From Patescibacteria group bacterium (GTDB lineage Bacteria > Patescibacteriota > Minisyncoccia > Phycocordibacterales > SIBU01): DNA of 64,000 nucleotides. Every line of letters begins with the position of its first letter. The stretch's first letter is position 1. The notes under the pieces were generated by a model that searched no databases, was not told the origin of the DNA, and saw nothing but the letters and a program-made list of their open reading frames with translations. Below, one piece after another: positions 61,376 through 64,000 of the stretch. A program made the position numbers and the translations under genes. Where the stretch lies: the NCBI GenBank assembly GCA_040390045.1, contig JAZJZC010000003.1:115-64114 (forward strand). Direction: 5' to 3'.

Positions 61376-63919
61376 TTGAATCCTGAATCCAAAAAGAAAC
61401 GTTTAGTTTTGCTCGACGCTCACGCCATCTTGCATCGTGCCTACCACGCGCTGCCGGATTTTTCTTCGAGTAAGGGAATTCCCACGGGAGCTTTGTACGG
61501 GCTTTCGAGCATGCTCATTAAAATTATTACTGATTTAAAACCGGACTATCTTGTAGCGGCGTATGATTTGCCGAAGCCGACCTATCGTCACGAGGCGTAC
61601 AAAGAATACAAAGCAGGACGCGCTAAGGCCGATCCGGAACTGGTGTCGCAGATGAAAAGTTCTCGCGATGTGTTTGAAGCATTTTCTATTCCGATGTATG
61701 ACAAGGAGGGATTTGAGGCGGATGATGTGCTGGGAACCATTGTGGAGAAGGTAAAACAGGGTCTAGGGTCTAGGGTAGAGGGTAAAGAAAAAGAAAAAAA
61801 TTCAAAAACTTCTAAACCCTTTCTCCTAAACCCTAACCCCTTCGATCTCGATATCATCATCGCTTCGGGAGACATGGACACCCTTCAACTTGTGGATGAT
61901 AAAAAAGTGCAGGTGTATACATTGAAGAAGGGAATTCAGGATACGATTTTATACGATGAGGAAGCGGTGGTGAAGCGGTTTGGTTTTGTGCCAAAACTTT
62001 TGCCGGATTACAAAGGTCTGCGAGGCGATCCGTCGGACAATATTATCGGCATCAAGGGAATTGGAGAAAAAACTGGCGGGATTTTGATCAGCAAATTCGG
62101 CACGATTGAGGATATTTATAAAAAATTAAAAAAAGATACGAAAGAATTTAAAAAAGCTGGACTGACAGATCGGATCATCGGACTTTTGAAGGATAATGAA
62201 GAGGAGGCGTTGTTTAGCAAAATGTTGGCGACTATTCGAAGGGATGCGCCGATAGATTTCGTGTTGCCTGAGAAAACGTGGAGAGAAACGCTTGATATGG
62301 GAAAAGTAAATAAAATGTTTGCTGAGTTTGAGTTTAGGAATTTGGGACCGAGGTTCGCGCAAGCTTTGATGGGGAAGGGTCCGGCATCTCCGTCGGAACT
62401 TCGAGCGGCGGGCGCCGGAGGAACTCCAGCTCCCGATGCTGGCCAAGGGATGTTTTCCAGTATGGTGAGTGTTGAAAGCGTTGATCCAAAAATTTTAGCT
62501 GAAACTTCTGTGGCGCTTTGGTTGGTTAATTCCAACATTACCAATCCGCAACTTTCAGATATTTTAAATTTCAGTGGGGCGACAACGTTTGACGAAGCTC
62601 GCGTGGCAATTTTTAAACGTTTGTCGGAATTAAAATTGGATTTTGTTTTTGAGAGTATTGAAAAACCACTTTTGCCGATTGTGCGCGCCATGAAAGAGCG
62701 AGGGATTAGCATCGACAAAGATTGTTTGAAAAAACTTTCCAAGGAGTACCATCACGAATTGAATTCGCTCGAGAAAAAAATTTGGAAATTAGCTGGTGAA
62801 GAATTTAACGTGGCATCGCCCAAACAGCTCGGGGTAATTCTTTTTGAAAAGCTCGGTCTGAAGGCTAAAAATCAGAAGAAAACTGGCAGTGGCGCGCTTT
62901 CCACCAAAGAATCTGAGCTTGAGAAGTTGCGCGAGAGTCATCCGATTATCACCTTGATTTTGGAGTATCGCGAGTTGGCGAAATTGCTCGGCACCTACAT
63001 CGACACCATTCCTGACATGGTTGGCGCTGACGGGAAACTGCACGCTCAATTTTTGCAATCGGGAACGACGACCGGGCGTATGGGTTGTGAAGATCCAAAT
63101 TTGCAAAACATTCCCAATAAAACCGAACTCGGCCGAGCGATTAGGCATGCATTTGTGGCCACACCCAAATTTAGTTTGGTAGCATTTGATTATTCTCAAA
63201 TTGAACTTCGCATCGCGGCTTTTTTGTCGGGTGACAAGAAACTGATCGAGATTTTCAAAAACGGTGAGGATGTTCACACGGCTGTAGCTTCGGAAGTGTT
63301 TGGAGTTTCGCCTGCCGATGTGAAGCCTGACATGAGACGAAAAGCCAAGGTAATTAATTTCGGCGTGATGTACGGCATGGGAGTCAATGCATTGCGGGCA
63401 AATCTCGGTGGCAACCCTTCAACCGGCTCAGGGCAAGCGACACGAGAAGAATCGCAGAAATTTTATAATGATTATTTTGAAAAGTTTTCGGGCCTAGCGA
63501 AGTATCTCGATTCTGTTAAAGCTCAAACCGCACGGACAGGTTTTACCGAAACTTTTTTTGGCAGGAGACGTTATTTCCCTGGCATTACTTCAAAAATTCC
63601 GTTCATCCGCGCTTCAGCAGAACGCATGGCGATCAATGCGCCGATTCAGGGAACTGAGGCAGATATTATTAAAATTGCCATGGTTCGAGCTGATGAGTTA
63701 ATCAAATCGTCCGGACTTTCTGAGAAAGCCTATCTTCTGCTTCAGGTGCACGACGAATTGGTGTACGAAGTTGAAACTTCGCAGGTAGAAAAATTTATTG
63801 AAAAAGTGAAACCGATTATGGAGTTGGTTATTCCACCGGAAAAAATTAGCGACATTGTCTGTAAGGTGGAAGCAAAGGTGGGTGAGAATTGGGGGGAGAT
63901 GAAGAAGCTTGAAGCTTAA
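61376..63919 (+). CDS. polA: DNA polymerase I (5'-3' exonuclease plus polymerase; 3'-5' exonuclease region reduced)
   Basis: RAYHAL, EADDVLGT, GDPSDNIIGIKGIGEKT, DYSQIELR, AKVINFGVMYG, LQVHDEL. Confidence 0.98.
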   Translation: MNPESKKKRLVLLDAHAILHRAYHALPDFSSSKGIPTGALYGLSSMLIKIITDLKPDYLVAAYDLPKPTYRHEAYKEYKAGRAKADPELVSQMKSSRDVFEAFSIPMYDKEGFEADDVLGTIVEKVKQGLGSRVEGKEKEKNSKTSKPFLLNPNPFDLDIIIASGDMDTLQLVDDKKVQVYTLKKGIQDTILYDEEAVVKRFGFVPKLLPDYKGLRGDPSDNIIGIKGIGEKTGGILISKFGTIEDIYKKLKKDTKEFKKAGLTDRIIGLLKDNEEEALFSKMLATIRRDAPIDFVLPEKTWRETLDMGKVNKMFAEFEFRNLGPRFAQALMGKGPASPSELRAAGAGGTPAPDAGQGMFSSMVSVESVDPKILAETSVALWLVNSNITNPQLSDILNFSGATTFDEARVAIFKRLSELKLDFVFESIEKPLLPIVRAMKERGISIDKDCLKKLSKEYHHELNSLEKKIWKLAGEEFNVASPKQLGVILFEKLGLKAKNQKKTGSGALSTKESELEKLRESHPIITLILEYRELAKLLGTYIDTIPDMVGADGKLHAQFLQSGTTTGRMGCEDPNLQNIPNKTELGRAIRHAFVATPKFSLVAFDYSQIELRIAAFLSGDKKLIEIFKNGEDVHTAVASEVFGVSPADVKPDMRRKAKVINFGVMYGMGVNALRANLGGNPSTGSGQATREESQKFYNDYFEKFSGLAKYLDSVKAQTARTGFTETFFGRRRYFPGITSKIPFIRASAERMAINAPIQGTEADIIKIAMVRADELIKSSGLSEKAYLLLQVHDELVYEVETSQVEKFIEKVKPIMELVIPPEKISDIVCKVEAKVGENWGEMKKLEA
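61758..61841 (+). repeat. 84-nt in-frame inverted TAGGGTY/AACCCTA element inside polA
   Basis: AGGGTCTAGGGTCTAGGGTAGAGGG...CTAAACCCTTTCTCCTAAACCCTAACCCCT; removing it gives VKLDLDIIIASGD. Confidence 0.8.
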
Positions 63920-64000
63920 AGCTGGTAGCTGTCAGCTTAAAAAAATTTGCGTTTTGAAACAAAGAGGGGTAGTTTATACTTCAGATAGATAGAAGGAGGA

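Noticed and set aside
672-63277. Many antisense and alternative-frame ORFs in the track (for example 1555-2106, 31030-31626, 52376-52942, 62116-62742)
   Set aside because: They overlap well-supported genes and show no recognisable motifs.
1-64000. CRISPR array or cas operon suggested by the Csx15-like gene
   Set aside because: No regularly spaced 23-47-nt direct repeats and no cas genes seen.
1-64000. tRNA, rRNA, tmRNA or RNase P RNA genes
   Set aside because: No cloverleaf with a T-loop and no conserved rRNA, tmRNA or RNase P signatures were found by eye.

Overview
This 64-kb window spans the replication origin of a bacterium whose gene content and style point to Patescibacteria (CPR, Parcubacteria-like); that assignment is an inference. 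Housekeeping genes include pnp, dksA-like, comM, pcrA/uvrD, rsmA, jag-yidC-rnpA-rpmH, dnaA-dnaN with oriC, PBP1A, tyrS, ruvC-yebC, ruvB, pilB, tsaE and polA. There are also two orphan histidine kinases and a ~17-kb T4SS-like cluster (VirB6-like, PrgI, VirB4, pilin). Three things stand out. (1) A ~5.4-kb operon (50.2-55.5 kb) diverges from a TrmB regulator. It has a near-consensus sigma70 promoter, a ~650-nt highly structured leader, orphan Csx15-like and Ndk cargo, and a covarying two-hairpin RNA module before four consecutive genes. It ends in a twister ribozyme. (2) A family of elements built from inverted ~7-nt-period repeats brackets a four-helix-bundle gene and a GxxExxY gene, so that folding would place the upstream stop next to the downstream start. 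Empty copies sit at operon junctions and in frame inside polA. (3) An aldehyde-dehydrogenase-fold protein lacks the general-base Glu and is fused to a class I LysRS-like anticodon-binding domain. I found no rRNA, tRNA, CRISPR array, transposase or integrase. All structures and family calls were made by eye, without searches.
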